Origin: Bacteroidales bacterium
Lineage (GTDB): Bacteria > Bacteroidota > Bacteroidia > Bacteroidales > UBA932
Reading direction: 5' to 3'
Assembly: GCA_015060205.1 (NCBI GenBank)
Contig: SUYY01000002.1
Span: 1,719 to 65,718, forward strand
Length of the DNA: 64,000 nucleotides
The position numbers and the translations under genes are program-made. Within the stretch, counting starts at the first letter, position 1, and each line of letters starts with the position of its first letter. The notes below the pieces were generated by a model. It saw only the letters and a program-made list of their open reading frames with translations, had not been told where the DNA came from and did not search any database. Below are positions 1-9,650 of this stretch, one piece after another.

Positions 1-1652
1 CCCCTGACCGTACTGATCCAATCCCAGCCTATGCTTGCGTGGAAAGTAGGATTGTCATATCCGAGCATTCCTCCGTTCCTTCCGGTGTCGTTCTCGTTCT
101 TTTCCTTGATGCTTCCTGCGTTTTTGTTTCGTATGATTCTGACTGCCAGTGTATTGTTGCCTGTTTTCGCTGTTTTGCTGATGTCGAACCGTCCTCTTGT
201 GAATGCTCCGTCAATCCTTCCGAGATATTGTCCGTTCAGATAGATCTCAGCCTTCCAGTTTATGCCGTCAAATTCGAGCCAGGTCTTTCCGCCCATGAAG
301 TCCTCTGTGAGTTCGAACTCGTTTCTGTACCAGAAGTCCGACCAGAAATATGAATCAGAGATGTGGAAGATGTTGTCTGCATAATTCGGCTGTGGCACCG
401 CTCCGAGGTTTATGTAACTGCTGAGTACTGTACCTGGCACAGTTGCGGTCAGCCAGCCGGTGTCGTCAAATCCCTCTGAAGATATCTCGGAGCCTTCCGC
501 GTCGGTGAAATTGCTTCTTGTAAGTTTCCAGTTTCCTCCGGACAGATTCATTTCATTACCATCAGGAGCAGGAGATGGCTTCGCTTTTGCGCTGAGACCA
601 CCTTTGCCCCATACCTGCATTTCTGTCAGCATGAGGTAATCTTCGCCGTTGCCTCTCATGCTGATTCTGACATATCTGCCTTTACCCTTGATCCGGATTT
701 CTTCCGAGAGAGATTTTCCTGCAGTTGCGATATCCTTCCATTTTTCCGCGTCATCAGAAACCTGTACCATGGCAGAAGAAGGAGTGTTGATCCAGTTGAG
801 GACGATCTTGTCAAACTTAGCCTTTCTTCCAAGGTCCACATATATCCATTCCTCCTGTGTGCCGCCGCTCATCCATGTGCTGTTGAAGTGCTTTGACGGA
901 ATCATGCTTATAAGTTCACCATCCCTGTATATGTCAAGATTTGATGCTATCCACTGCTCTGCTCCCTTCATGTTCAGATCTACTCTGAGCATGGTGTATT
1001 CTTCCGCATGAGGAAGTCTCGCGTCAATCTGGAAACTGCGGGTAGGAAGCAACTGATTGCCTAATGCATCTGCCTTGTCGGGGTCTGTATGCTGGCGCGG
1101 TCTGGATTCCTCGCCGATCAGTCTGTTTCCCCGTATGGTCTGGAGTACGGTCCAGTCCTTTCCGTCCTTCGATGCCGACACTTTTATATCATGACTTCCG
1201 TCAGCGGAACCGTCCTGATATGAAACCAGGATTTCTCCATGGACTCTGTCAAGACATTCCTTCCATCCGTTCTGAAGAGATAACTCGAAATGGGCCGAAG
1301 GACCGTAAAGGTTCACCATGGTATATTTATGCTGGTCCACAAGCCACTCCCTCTCCCTCTTTATGTCCTTGCCTTCTGAAGTTTCCATGACAAGGTATTT
1401 TGGAGCATCTGTCTCGATGATTCCGTCTGTCGCCATCTGCCCGGTGAGGCAGTAATCATAACTTGATGACGCATAGACTGCCCTGTTGAGGGCAATATTG
1501 CGGTAGACATCGTCTGCATATAAAACAGGAGAGAAATCTTCATCCGGATTTCCGGGATAGATTCCGATTCCGCGGTTATAGTCGGTGGAGTTCGTGTGGC
1601 AACCTGTCATGGTGCCTAATGCGATGATGCATATTGAACAGATCTTTTTCAT
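1..1652 (-). CDS. Glycoside hydrolase family 2 with F5/8 type C (discoidin) modules, probable lipoprotein; 3' end runs off the window
   Basis: Absent from the ORF track because no stop falls in the window. Segments translated by hand from ATG 1652: MKKICSICIIALGTMTGCHTNSTDYNRGIGIYPGNPDEDFSP..., and at the window edge PTFHASIGWDWISTVRG (GH2 GWDW motif). ATGA overlap with the sialidase stop. Confidence 0.75.
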   Translation of the reverse strand, partial: MKKICSICIIALGTMTGCHTNSTDYNRGIGIYPGNPDEDFSPVLYADDVYRNIALNRAVYASSSYDYCLTGQMATDGIIETDAPKYLVMETSEGKDIKREREWLVDQHKYTMVNLYGPSAHFELSLQNGWKECLDRVHGEILVSYQDGSADGSHDIKVSASKDGKDWTVLQTIRGNRLIGEESRPRQHTDPDKADALGNQLLPTRSFQIDARLPHAEEYTMLRVDLNMKGAEQWIASNLDIYRDGELISMIPSKHFNSTWMSGGTQEEWIYVDLGRKAKFDKIVLNWINTPSSAMVQVSDDAEKWKDIATAGKSLSEEIRIKGKGRYVRISMRGNGEDYLMLTEMQVWGKGGLSAKAKPSPAPDGNEMNLSGGNWKLTRSNFTDAEGSEISSEGFDDTGWLTATVPGTVLSSYINLGAVPQPNYADNIFHISDSYFWSDFWYRNEFELTEDFMGGKTWLEFDGINWKAEIYLNGQYLGRIDGAFTRGRFDISKTAKTGNNTLAVRIIRNKNAGSIKEKNENDTGRNGGMLGYDNPTFHASIGWDWISTVR

Positions 1653-2923
1653 CTTTTATGCTTTAAGTTCAGTGTATATTTTCCGCCAGTTATTTCCTCT
1701 ATGGTGTAGGAGTCATATATGATGGTATAACCGGCACCGCTGGTAGGGTAGTAGGTCTTTTCCTCGAACATGAATCCCACCCTTCCGTCGGAAAGTCTTG
1801 CCATTACAGAATATGCGGACCCTATGTCTGTGGCGAGGTGTGCCCCCTCCCAGTCGCGTGCGATATCTTCCGGAGTATAGGCCTTTTTGAGTTCAAGTCC
1901 TTTGTAGTATATGCTCACATTGGAGCGACGTGGACCTGCAGGAGCAGACTGCATCAGAAGCATCATCTTGTGTCCGTCTTCTTTGCGGATGACAGGGACT
2001 GTAAGCATCTCGCCGTTGCATGAATTGCCGGCGGTTATGATGCCGTTGTTATGGCTACTGGAGTGGACCATCTCATCCCATCTGCCTTCCGCTTTTCTTA
2101 TATTGCTGAAATGGAATATGTTGAACATTCTTCCTTCGGCATCTGTGCGGGAACTGATGAGCAGATTTCCATCAGGCAGTTCCTCCACCTTGGCTTCATT
2201 CGCATCGTGTGGGATGGGTGGGACCTCTGTCCCTCCGAGAACCTTCCATGAACCTCCGAAATCGTCAGAATACAGTACGAAGTTCATCCATTGTCCGTTA
2301 CCGGCGATCTGAAGTACCGCACAATACAGACGGTGGTATTTTCCCGCTTTGACATGACTTTGGACGATTCTTCCCGATGTTATGAACATCGACTTGGCCG
2401 GTCCGTGTATGCTGTCGTCAAAAAGCCTGAAGATATCATCTGTCATGTCTTCCGGTCCGCTCCATGTCCTGCCCTTGTCGTTACTGTAGAACCTTGTCAT
2501 GCGCAGGTGGCAATCGGGAGTTCCGTCTAAAAACGAAATGTTTCCTGCAGCGCACATGAGAAGAATCCTTCCGCTTTTCCTGTCTGCAACTATGCTCGGG
2601 TCGCCGAAACCGACGTTCATGAAGTCAGGAGAATACTTCCCTTTACCTTCGATGACCGTGGTTATCTCTTCCCAGGTGCGTCCGTTATCATGACTTGTGC
2701 GTGCCCTGAGGTCGACTCTTCCGTCCTTGACTATTCCTATGTCATTTCTTGAAAATCTGTAGTCGGCGACTGCCACTACTGTGCCGTCCTCAAGTGCAGC
2801 CAAGGCAGGAATGCGGTAATGAACTGCGGTGTCGCTTCTGCTGATGAATGTTTCTCTACGTTCCTGACCTGAAACTGTACTTCCCAAAAAGGCCAGTGCG
2901 ATGAGTGATGCTATAATTCTCAT
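1649..2923 (-). CDS. Sialidase (GH33), secreted
   Basis: YRIP motif, Asp-boxes SHDNGRTW, SNDKGRTW and SDDFGGSW, and AYS catalytic Tyr. Signal peptide follows ATG 2923, which I prefer over the TTG at 2947. Confidence 0.9.
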   Translation of the reverse strand: MRIIASLIALAFLGSTVSGQERRETFISRSDTAVHYRIPALAALEDGTVVAVADYRFSRNDIGIVKDGRVDLRARTSHDNGRTWEEITTVIEGKGKYSPDFMNVGFGDPSIVADRKSGRILLMCAAGNISFLDGTPDCHLRMTRFYSNDKGRTWSGPEDMTDDIFRLFDDSIHGPAKSMFITSGRIVQSHVKAGKYHRLYCAVLQIAGNGQWMNFVLYSDDFGGSWKVLGGTEVPPIPHDANEAKVEELPDGNLLISSRTDAEGRMFNIFHFSNIRKAEGRWDEMVHSSSHNNGIITAGNSCNGEMLTVPVIRKEDGHKMMLLMQSAPAGPRRSNVSIYYKGLELKKAYTPEDIARDWEGAHLATDIGSAYSVMARLSDGRVGFMFEEKTYYPTSGAGYTIIYDSYTIEEITGGKYTLNLKHKR

Positions 2924-2944
2924 TTGTTCAGTGATTGATAGACG

Positions 2945-3068
2945 CAAAAGTACATTTATATTGTTAGAGTTCCAAATTTGTTTTTTGTGAAAACGAAAAG
3001 AAATGAATTTGTAAGTTGTTATTTGAGTTCGTTCTTTTTTGGTTTTGTGGAAAAATTGTGTATTTTTG
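2945..3068. promoter_or_regulatory. Divergent Bacteroidota sigma70-type promoters
   Basis: TACTTTTG on the minus strand (2945-2952) and TATTTTTG on the plus strand (3061-3068) match TAnnTTTG; the spacer is AT-rich. Confidence 0.6.
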
Positions 3069-3083
3069 TAAAAATTTAAAAAT

Positions 3084-3821
3084 ATGAGGATTTATAAGTC
3101 AGACGATCTGAAATGCCCCAAGAGACTTCTGTGCTTCGATCTTGACGGCACTCTGTCTCAGCACAAGAGCCATATGCCTCAGGCTAACAAGGAAATCTTG
3201 AAAAAATTGGACCGCAAGTACAAGGTTATCATGGTCGGAGCGGGAAATGCGCCACGTATCTATAATCAGATGGAGCAATATCCTATAGATATCATCGCAA
3301 ATTACGGAATGCAGGAAAGTGCGATGGTTGACGGAGAGTTCTGCATAATACGTGAGGATACCGTTCAGCCTGATAAGGAATACTTCAATACTACCTGCCG
3401 GTATCTCCGCCAGAAGTATGGCTATACCGACTATACAGGCGGACATCTGGAGTTCCATCCTTCAGGTATGGTGACGTTCTGTCTGATAGGCAGTGGAGCC
3501 AAGGTGGAGGATAAGGTGGTGTTCGATCCTGACAGGTCCAGACGTCGTGTCCTGTACGACGAGATCTGCTCTCTGTTTCCTGACCATGTGGTCTATATCG
3601 GAGGCTCCTCATCTTTTGATTTTGCGCCTAAGCGTTACAACAAGTATGATTCGATAATGAAATACGCTGCGGAACATGGCTATTCGGAAGAGGAGATCCT
3701 TTTCGTAGGAGATGATTTTGGTGATGGCGGTGGTGACAGCCATGTCCGTATCAAAGGAATGGACTATGTTCAGATAGAGGATTATACGAAACTGCCGGAA
3801 ATGCTGGATTTCCTTTTATAG
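3084..3821 (+). CDS. HAD-IIB family enzyme, phosphomannomutase-like
   Basis: FDLDGTL motif I, IGGSSSFDFAP and FVGDDFGDGGGD; the last two resemble PMM-type GGQISFDVFP and GDKTxxGGND. Confidence 0.75.
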   Translation: MRIYKSDDLKCPKRLLCFDLDGTLSQHKSHMPQANKEILKKLDRKYKVIMVGAGNAPRIYNQMEQYPIDIIANYGMQESAMVDGEFCIIREDTVQPDKEYFNTTCRYLRQKYGYTDYTGGHLEFHPSGMVTFCLIGSGAKVEDKVVFDPDRSRRRVLYDEICSLFPDHVVYIGGSSSFDFAPKRYNKYDSIMKYAAEHGYSEEEILFVGDDFGDGGGDSHVRIKGMDYVQIEDYTKLPEMLDFLL

Positions 3822-3827
3822 AGACTG

Positions 3828-5171
3828 ATGGTTATGAATAAGATAGAGCAAGCGCTCCAAAGGGCGAGAGATACAAAATCTCTGATTATCGGAAGAGGTG
3901 TCGTGTGCAGGACATCAGAAATGTTCGTAAGTCTGTTCCCGGGACAGAAGGCTGTAGTCGTGGCTGATGAGAATACCTGGGAAGTGGCAGGCAGGAATGC
4001 CCAGGACTCTCTTGATGAGGCAGGAGTGGTTACCGAAAAACCGTATATATTCCCTGCTGAAGACTTTTATGCGGAATGGCAGCACATCGAGTCCCTTAAA
4101 TCATATCTCGAGACTGTTGATGCGGTTGCGGTCGCTGTCGGCTCCGGAGTGATAAACGATACCGTGAAACTTGTCTCTCATATGTTGGGAAGACGATATA
4201 TGTGCGTAGGTACTGCCGCTTCCATGGACGGATTCACGGCATATGGCGCGTCCATTACCAAGGATGGCAACAAGCAGACTTTCGACTGCCCCGCTCCTCT
4301 GGGTTTTGTTCTTGACTCGGAAATAGCAGCGGCGGCTCCAAAGGAACTTGCTGCCTCGGGATATGCAGACCTGATTGCAAAGATTCCTGCCGGAGCAGAC
4401 TGGATGCTGGCAGATCTTGTGGGAAGCGAGAAAATTGATGATTTTGCATGGGGACTTGTCCAGAACGGACTCAAGGAGTCGCTTTCTGATCCGGCAGCGG
4501 TATTCGCTGGCGATGTAGACAAGACTCAGGCGCTTGCGGACGGACTTCTTATGAGCGGTTTTGCCATGCAGGCCATACAGTCCAGCCGTCCGGCTTCAGG
4601 AACGGAACACCAGTATTCCCACTGCTGGGATATGGAGGACCTGTGCTATGAAGGAAAGCATGTCTCTCACGGATTCAAGGTGGGAATCGGAACATTGGTC
4701 TCGACTGCAGAACTCGAATTCCTTCTTGAAAAAGGGCTTGAGAATATAGATGTGGATGCATGCGTGGACGCCTGGAAGAGTTGGGAGGAGATGGAGACTG
4801 AAATCAGGACTCTGATGGAGGGTAAGCCGGGACATATTGCCAGGGCTTTGGTGGAGACAAAGGGTAAGTATGTGGGCAAGGAGGAACTGCGCAGTCAACT
4901 CGATGCTTTGAAGAAGGCATGGCCGGAACTGAGCGAAAGAATACGCAGGCAGATAATCCCGTTCGGACAGGTGCGCGAGAATCTGCGTCTTGTCGGGGCA
5001 CCGTACGAACCTGAGATGATAGGAGTGACTCGTGAGCGCTTCCGTCAGACAGTCTCATATATTCCGTTCATGAGAAGCAGATTCACAAACATAGACGTGA
5101 TCTATCGCCTCGGCTGGATGGATGAGTTCGTTCAGCGTATGTTCGGCAAGGGCGGCATCTGGGAAGTGTGA
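3828..5171 (+). CDS. sn-glycerol-1-phosphate dehydrogenase (AraM/EgsA family)
   Basis: GSGVIND, TAASMDGF, GYADL, SSRPASGTEHQYSH and HGFKVG motifs of bacterial G1PDH. Confidence 0.85.
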   Translation: MVMNKIEQALQRARDTKSLIIGRGVVCRTSEMFVSLFPGQKAVVVADENTWEVAGRNAQDSLDEAGVVTEKPYIFPAEDFYAEWQHIESLKSYLETVDAVAVAVGSGVINDTVKLVSHMLGRRYMCVGTAASMDGFTAYGASITKDGNKQTFDCPAPLGFVLDSEIAAAAPKELAASGYADLIAKIPAGADWMLADLVGSEKIDDFAWGLVQNGLKESLSDPAAVFAGDVDKTQALADGLLMSGFAMQAIQSSRPASGTEHQYSHCWDMEDLCYEGKHVSHGFKVGIGTLVSTAELEFLLEKGLENIDVDACVDAWKSWEEMETEIRTLMEGKPGHIARALVETKGKYVGKEELRSQLDALKKAWPELSERIRRQIIPFGQVRENLRLVGAPYEPEMIGVTRERFRQTVSYIPFMRSRFTNIDVIYRLGWMDEFVQRMFGKGGIWEV

Positions 5172-5206
5172 CCCGTTTCGTCCAAGACAATAGGAGATTA
5201 TTCATG

Positions 5207-5243
5207 AAGACCTGCGGCAGATGGAGCAGGTCTTTAATTTATT
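5207..5243 (+). terminator. Intrinsic terminator-like hairpin
   Basis: AAGACCTGC...GCAGGTCTT followed by a T-rich tract. A new TATATTTG promoter box follows at 5246-5253. Confidence 0.55.
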
Positions 5244-5283
5244 CGTATATTTGCGGAGTTTTGACAAAAATAACACTAAAATA

Positions 5284-6657
5284 ATGGATAACACCGTCAA
5301 GAAGTATCGTTATTGGGAGTGGCGCACAATTGTAGTGCTTTTCATCGGATACGCTCTCTTCTATTTTGTGAGAAAGAATTTGGGAATGGCTATCCCTGCC
5401 ATGGAGGCGGAACTTGGCATCTCGAAGACCCAACTGGGTATATTCCTCACCCTTCACAGCATCATCTATGGATTCTCCAGATTTGTGAACGGAATGCTTG
5501 TGGACCGTTTCAGCAAGAAGAAGATCATGGCACTGGGACTCCTGCTCACATGTGCGGTCAATCTCTTCATATGCTTCAGCCCTAAACTGAACGGTATGCT
5601 TACCCTTCTGGATGCGGAAGGAAAAGCGACTTTGGGTCTTGTGTATCTTATCGGTTCTCTATGGGTCCTGAACGGATATCTTCAGGGCATGGGAGTTCCT
5701 CCTTGTGTCAGCCTTCTTGCCCATTGGGTGAAGCCTGATGAACTGGCTACCAAGCAGTCCATATGGAATGTGTCCCACACTCTCGGAGCAGGTATAGTTG
5801 TGGCTCTCTGCGGTTTCATGCTGGATAATTACGGATACAGTGCGTGGTATCTCTGCTTTATGGTTCCTGCACTGATTGCTCTTGTGGGTGTTCCTGTCCT
5901 GTGGTTCGGTCTTAAGGATGATCCTTCTGAAGTGGGACTGCCTCCTGTGGAGAAGATGGGTAAGGACGCTGCTGAAAAATCCGGCGAACCGGATCCTCTT
6001 GAAAACATAGACGGAAAGAAATACAAGAAGATAATAAACAGGATGGTCTTTGGTAATCCGTTCATATGGATAATAGGTATCTCGAATTTCTGTATCTATG
6101 TCATCCGTCTGACAATCCTTGACTGGGGTGCGTCGTTCCTGACGGAGACCAAGGGAATGGATATCTCACAGGCGGGAGGACTTCTGGCCACTACTGAGAT
6201 TCTTGGAGGTACTCTGGGAATGCTTCTGGCAGGCTGGCTTTCGGACAAACTCTTCAAGAGCAAGGCTCACAGGACATGTTTCTTCTGCATAGTATTCGCG
6301 ACACTTACTTTCTTCCTGTTCTGGAAATGCGAATCAGTCGTGCTCTCGTTTGTGTTCCTTGTCTTTTCCGCTTTCTTCATTTATGGCCCTCAGGCTCTTT
6401 ATGGAGTGTGTGCTTCCCAGCAGGCAACCAAATATGCTGCCGGTACCGGTAACGGAATCATAGGAATCTTCGGTTATGCCAGTTCGGTAGTTTCCGGTGT
6501 GATCTTCGGAAATCTGGCAGAGACAGGTGGATGGGACTCGGTATTTCCTATAGCCATTGCATTCGGAGTTGCGGGAGCGATTGCCATCGGACTTATGTGG
6601 AATGCACCTGCAGACGGATATGAAAAGTTAAACAAGATAGTAAAGGAGACAAAATGA
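5284..6657 (+). CDS. MFS organophosphate:Pi antiporter (GlpT/UhpT/PgtP family)
   Basis: GYALFYFVRKNL, WNVSHTLG, YVIRLTILDW, GWLSDKLF and FIYGPQAL motifs; about 12 TM segments. Start moved to ATG 5284, downstream of the promoter box. Confidence 0.85.
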   Translation: MDNTVKKYRYWEWRTIVVLFIGYALFYFVRKNLGMAIPAMEAELGISKTQLGIFLTLHSIIYGFSRFVNGMLVDRFSKKKIMALGLLLTCAVNLFICFSPKLNGMLTLLDAEGKATLGLVYLIGSLWVLNGYLQGMGVPPCVSLLAHWVKPDELATKQSIWNVSHTLGAGIVVALCGFMLDNYGYSAWYLCFMVPALIALVGVPVLWFGLKDDPSEVGLPPVEKMGKDAAEKSGEPDPLENIDGKKYKKIINRMVFGNPFIWIIGISNFCIYVIRLTILDWGASFLTETKGMDISQAGGLLATTEILGGTLGMLLAGWLSDKLFKSKAHRTCFFCIVFATLTFFLFWKCESVVLSFVFLVFSAFFIYGPQALYGVCASQQATKYAAGTGNGIIGIFGYASSVVSGVIFGNLAETGGWDSVFPIAIAFGVAGAIAIGLMWNAPADGYEKLNKIVKETK

Positions 6658-7547
6658 TTATGAAATCTGACCATAACAAGACAGTATCGTCTGAACTCAA
6701 GGAGAAACTCTCCAAGATCAAGCATGTTGCCCTTGATATGGATGGCACCATATATCTGGGAAGTACTCTTTTCCCGTTCACCAAGGCTTTTCTTGCAAAG
6801 ATGTCGGAAAGCGGGATAGGATATTCCTTTCTAACCAACAATCCTTCCAAGTCAGTAGCGGACTATCTGAAGAAACTCGAGGGACTGGGCATAGAGGCGG
6901 ATGAGGAGAATATGTATACTACTTCTCTCGCGGCAATCGACTATATCAAGGCTCACTATCCTCAGGCACGCAGACTTTTCCTGCTCGGAACTCCAAGCAT
7001 GGTGTCTCAGTTTGAGAAGGCCGGATTCGAATCCTGCGCAGACAGTTCGGATGATGTTCCGGACGCCCTTGTGGTGGCTTTTGACATGACTTTGGAGTAT
7101 TCCCGTCTCTGCCGTGCGGCATGGTGGGCTTCGCAAGGCGTGCCATATATCGCCACAAACCCTGACCGCGTATGTCCTACCGATCAGAAGGTGGTTCTTG
7201 TAGACTGCGGTTCAATCTGCAAATGTATCGAACATGCTACAGGACGTCAGCCTGACATCACTCTCGGAAAACCTGACCCGAACATGCTGAAGGGTATCCT
7301 TGACAGGCATGGACTCAAACCTGAGGAAATAGCGATGGTGGGTGACCGCATATATACGGATACTGCCATGGCACATAATGCCGGAGCATTCGGCGTACTT
7401 GTCCTTTCCGGTGAGACAACGCTGGAAACTGCTGAGAAGGTGGCGGAGGATGCTCGCAATAATCCTGATCCGGAGTTCTTCCCTCCAGACCTTATAGTAC
7501 GGGATATAGAGGAACTGGGAGAACTTCTCCTCTCAAGCCGTAAATAA
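6654..7547 (+). CDS. HAD-IIA phosphatase (NagD/AraL family)
   Basis: DMDGT, LTNNPS, ATNPD, GKP and GDRIYTD motifs; ATGA overlap with the MFS gene. Confidence 0.9.
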   Translation: MIMKSDHNKTVSSELKEKLSKIKHVALDMDGTIYLGSTLFPFTKAFLAKMSESGIGYSFLTNNPSKSVADYLKKLEGLGIEADEENMYTTSLAAIDYIKAHYPQARRLFLLGTPSMVSQFEKAGFESCADSSDDVPDALVVAFDMTLEYSRLCRAAWWASQGVPYIATNPDRVCPTDQKVVLVDCGSICKCIEHATGRQPDITLGKPDPNMLKGILDRHGLKPEEIAMVGDRIYTDTAMAHNAGAFGVLVLSGETTLETAEKVAEDARNNPDPEFFPPDLIVRDIEELGELLLSSRK

Positions 7548-7600
7548 CGGGCAATAAAGTGAAAAATGTTGTATCTTTGTCATTTCGCGAAAGAAACGAT

Positions 7601-8620
7601 ATGAAGAAGATACGACATTTTTTATTTCTTTTTATAGGACTGACGGTCTTGACCGCCTTCCGCTCTCCATCGGATAAGACCCCTCAGGAAGCATATATAG
7701 AAAAATATTCCGCGATTGCAGTGATGGAAATGTACCGTAGCGGCATCCCGGCCAGCATCACGCTTGCACAGGGACTTCTGGAGTCCGGTTACGGCCGATC
7801 GGAACTTGCACTCAAGAGCAACAACCATTTCGGAATCAAGTGTCATAACGGATGGCAGGGAGGAAAGGTCTATCATGACGATGATGCAAAAGGAGAGTGT
7901 TTCAGAAAATACGATTCACCCGAGGAATCCTATCGTGACCACTCTGATTTCCTAAGATACAGGGATAGATACAAGTTTCTTTTTGAGTATAAGATAACAG
8001 ATTATCAATCATGGGCTTATGGTCTTAAGAAGGCAGGTTATGCGACAGATCCCAACTATCCCCGCAAACTCATAAACCTGATTGAGGAATACCAACTGCA
8101 TCTCTATGACACCACTCAGCCGCCGGTGCAGGAGCCTAAGGAAACTTCCTCAAAGGGTGAAAATAAGCAGAAGGTAAGAAAGGAACCTGCACCTCAGACC
8201 ATTCCTACGCCTCCTGCCCAACTGGAACAGGTACATAAAGTTACTTCCTCCAGTCGCGAGACTTTCCGTTTCTCTCTTTCAAGAGAGATGTATTCGCAGA
8301 ATGGTGTGCTCTTTGTCTATGCGGCCGAGGGAGAGACCTATGACAGTATTGCAGAGTCGAACCGTCTGTTCCTCAAGGAGTTGCTCAGGTTCAACGACCT
8401 GAAGGAAGATGTGCCGTTGAAGCCGGGTACCGTGGTGTATCTCCAGAAAAAGAAGAAAGAGTCCGCTCCCGGGCTTGAGATGCATGTGATAGAGAAGGGG
8501 GAGACCTTGAGAGGCATATCTCAAAGGTATGGAGTGCGTCTTGACCGTCTCTGCAAGATCAATGGAATTGAAGACAGCAATGTCATCCGCGAAGGTGACA
8601 TCATCAGACTCAGGAAATGA
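7601..8620 (+). CDS. GH73 N-acetylglucosaminidase with LysM domains (peptidoglycan hydrolase)
   Basis: SITLAQGLLESG, NNHFGIKC and GYATDPNY motifs plus C-terminal LysM repeats; promoter TATCTTTG at 7572-7579. Confidence 0.9.
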   Translation: MKKIRHFLFLFIGLTVLTAFRSPSDKTPQEAYIEKYSAIAVMEMYRSGIPASITLAQGLLESGYGRSELALKSNNHFGIKCHNGWQGGKVYHDDDAKGECFRKYDSPEESYRDHSDFLRYRDRYKFLFEYKITDYQSWAYGLKKAGYATDPNYPRKLINLIEEYQLHLYDTTQPPVQEPKETSSKGENKQKVRKEPAPQTIPTPPAQLEQVHKVTSSSRETFRFSLSREMYSQNGVLFVYAAEGETYDSIAESNRLFLKELLRFNDLKEDVPLKPGTVVYLQKKKKESAPGLEMHVIEKGETLRGISQRYGVRLDRLCKINGIEDSNVIREGDIIRLRK

Positions 8621-9639
8621 AGAAATATATGATCATATCGGCAGCAGTCGCTGCCATGGCCCTTGCCTGCATTTTCGCAGGTTTGTGGTATACCGATAAC
8701 AGACATCCTAACTTCAGACACAGTCAGGTCCTTTATGTATATCCGGATATGACGGCCTCTCAGGTGCTTGAGAGTCTTGATACGGTTGCACTTCGCCCGC
8801 GTAGTCTTGCAAGAGCATTTGAAAAGCAGGAAGTCGCTCAGAAGATCAAACCGGGAAGATATGTCATTGAGCCGTCCTCTACAAGCATGTATGTGGCCCG
8901 TATGGTCAGTTTCGGCTGGCAGACCCCGCAGAACCTTACGCTTTCGGGTACCATCCGCACCAAAGGTTCCATAGCGCGCAAGATTTCCTCGCAGATGATG
9001 GTGGATTCTGCGTCTGTTGCTTCGGCACTTGATTCGGCGGAGTTCCTTGCAGGATATGGATTCACACCGGAAAATGTCTTTGCCATGATTCTTCCGGACA
9101 CCTATCAGATGTATTGGACAGCATCTGTAAAGGATATATTTGACCGTTTCAAGAGGGAATATGATGTGTTCTGGACAAAGGAACGCCTTGCCAAGGCAAA
9201 GGCACAGCGTCTCTCACCTATGGAGGTTTCCGTTGTGGCGTCAATCGTGAGCGGCGAGACTCTGAAGTCTTTTGAGTATCCTGTCATAGCGGGTGTGTAT
9301 CTGAACCGCTACAGAAAAGGAATGAAACTTCAGGCCGATCCGACAGTCTGCTTCTGCTGGAATTATGAACTTGACCGGGTCCTCAAGAAGCATCTTACAA
9401 TAGATTCTCCTTATAATACATACAGATATGCAGGTCTTCCTCCGGCACCGATCAATGTGCCTCCGAAAGCCTGCATAGATGCTGTTCTTGATCCGGATAA
9501 ACACGGATACATATATTTCTGTGCCAGTCCCGAATTCGACGGAACCCACCGTTTCGCCGTTTCATACAGCGAGCATCTCAAGAATGCCCGCGCCTTCCAG
9601 AAGGCTCTTACCGCCAGACGGAAACAGGCCAAGTCCTGA
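8617..9639 (+). CDS. mltG: Endolytic transglycosylase MltG
   Basis: N-terminal TM; LPDTY, VYLNR, LQADPTV, SPYNTY, GLPPAPI and YIYF motifs. Confidence 0.9.
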   Translation: MKKYMIISAAVAAMALACIFAGLWYTDNRHPNFRHSQVLYVYPDMTASQVLESLDTVALRPRSLARAFEKQEVAQKIKPGRYVIEPSSTSMYVARMVSFGWQTPQNLTLSGTIRTKGSIARKISSQMMVDSASVASALDSAEFLAGYGFTPENVFAMILPDTYQMYWTASVKDIFDRFKREYDVFWTKERLAKAKAQRLSPMEVSVVASIVSGETLKSFEYPVIAGVYLNRYRKGMKLQADPTVCFCWNYELDRVLKKHLTIDSPYNTYRYAGLPPAPINVPPKACIDAVLDPDKHGYIYFCASPEFDGTHRFAVSYSEHLKNARAFQKALTARRKQAKS

Positions 9640-9650
9640 ATGCTCTCCTT

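Noticed and set aside
1-1652. Apparent non-coding or recoded region at the window start
   Set aside because: The segments I translated read as a minus-strand GH2 gene. It is missing from the track only because its stop lies outside the window, and I saw no sign of stop-codon recoding elsewhere.
3828-5171. G1PDH as evidence for archaeal-type ether lipid synthesis
   Set aside because: No GGGP or DGGGP synthase lies in the window, and the neighbours point to transport and dephosphorylation. It cannot be excluded genome-wide.
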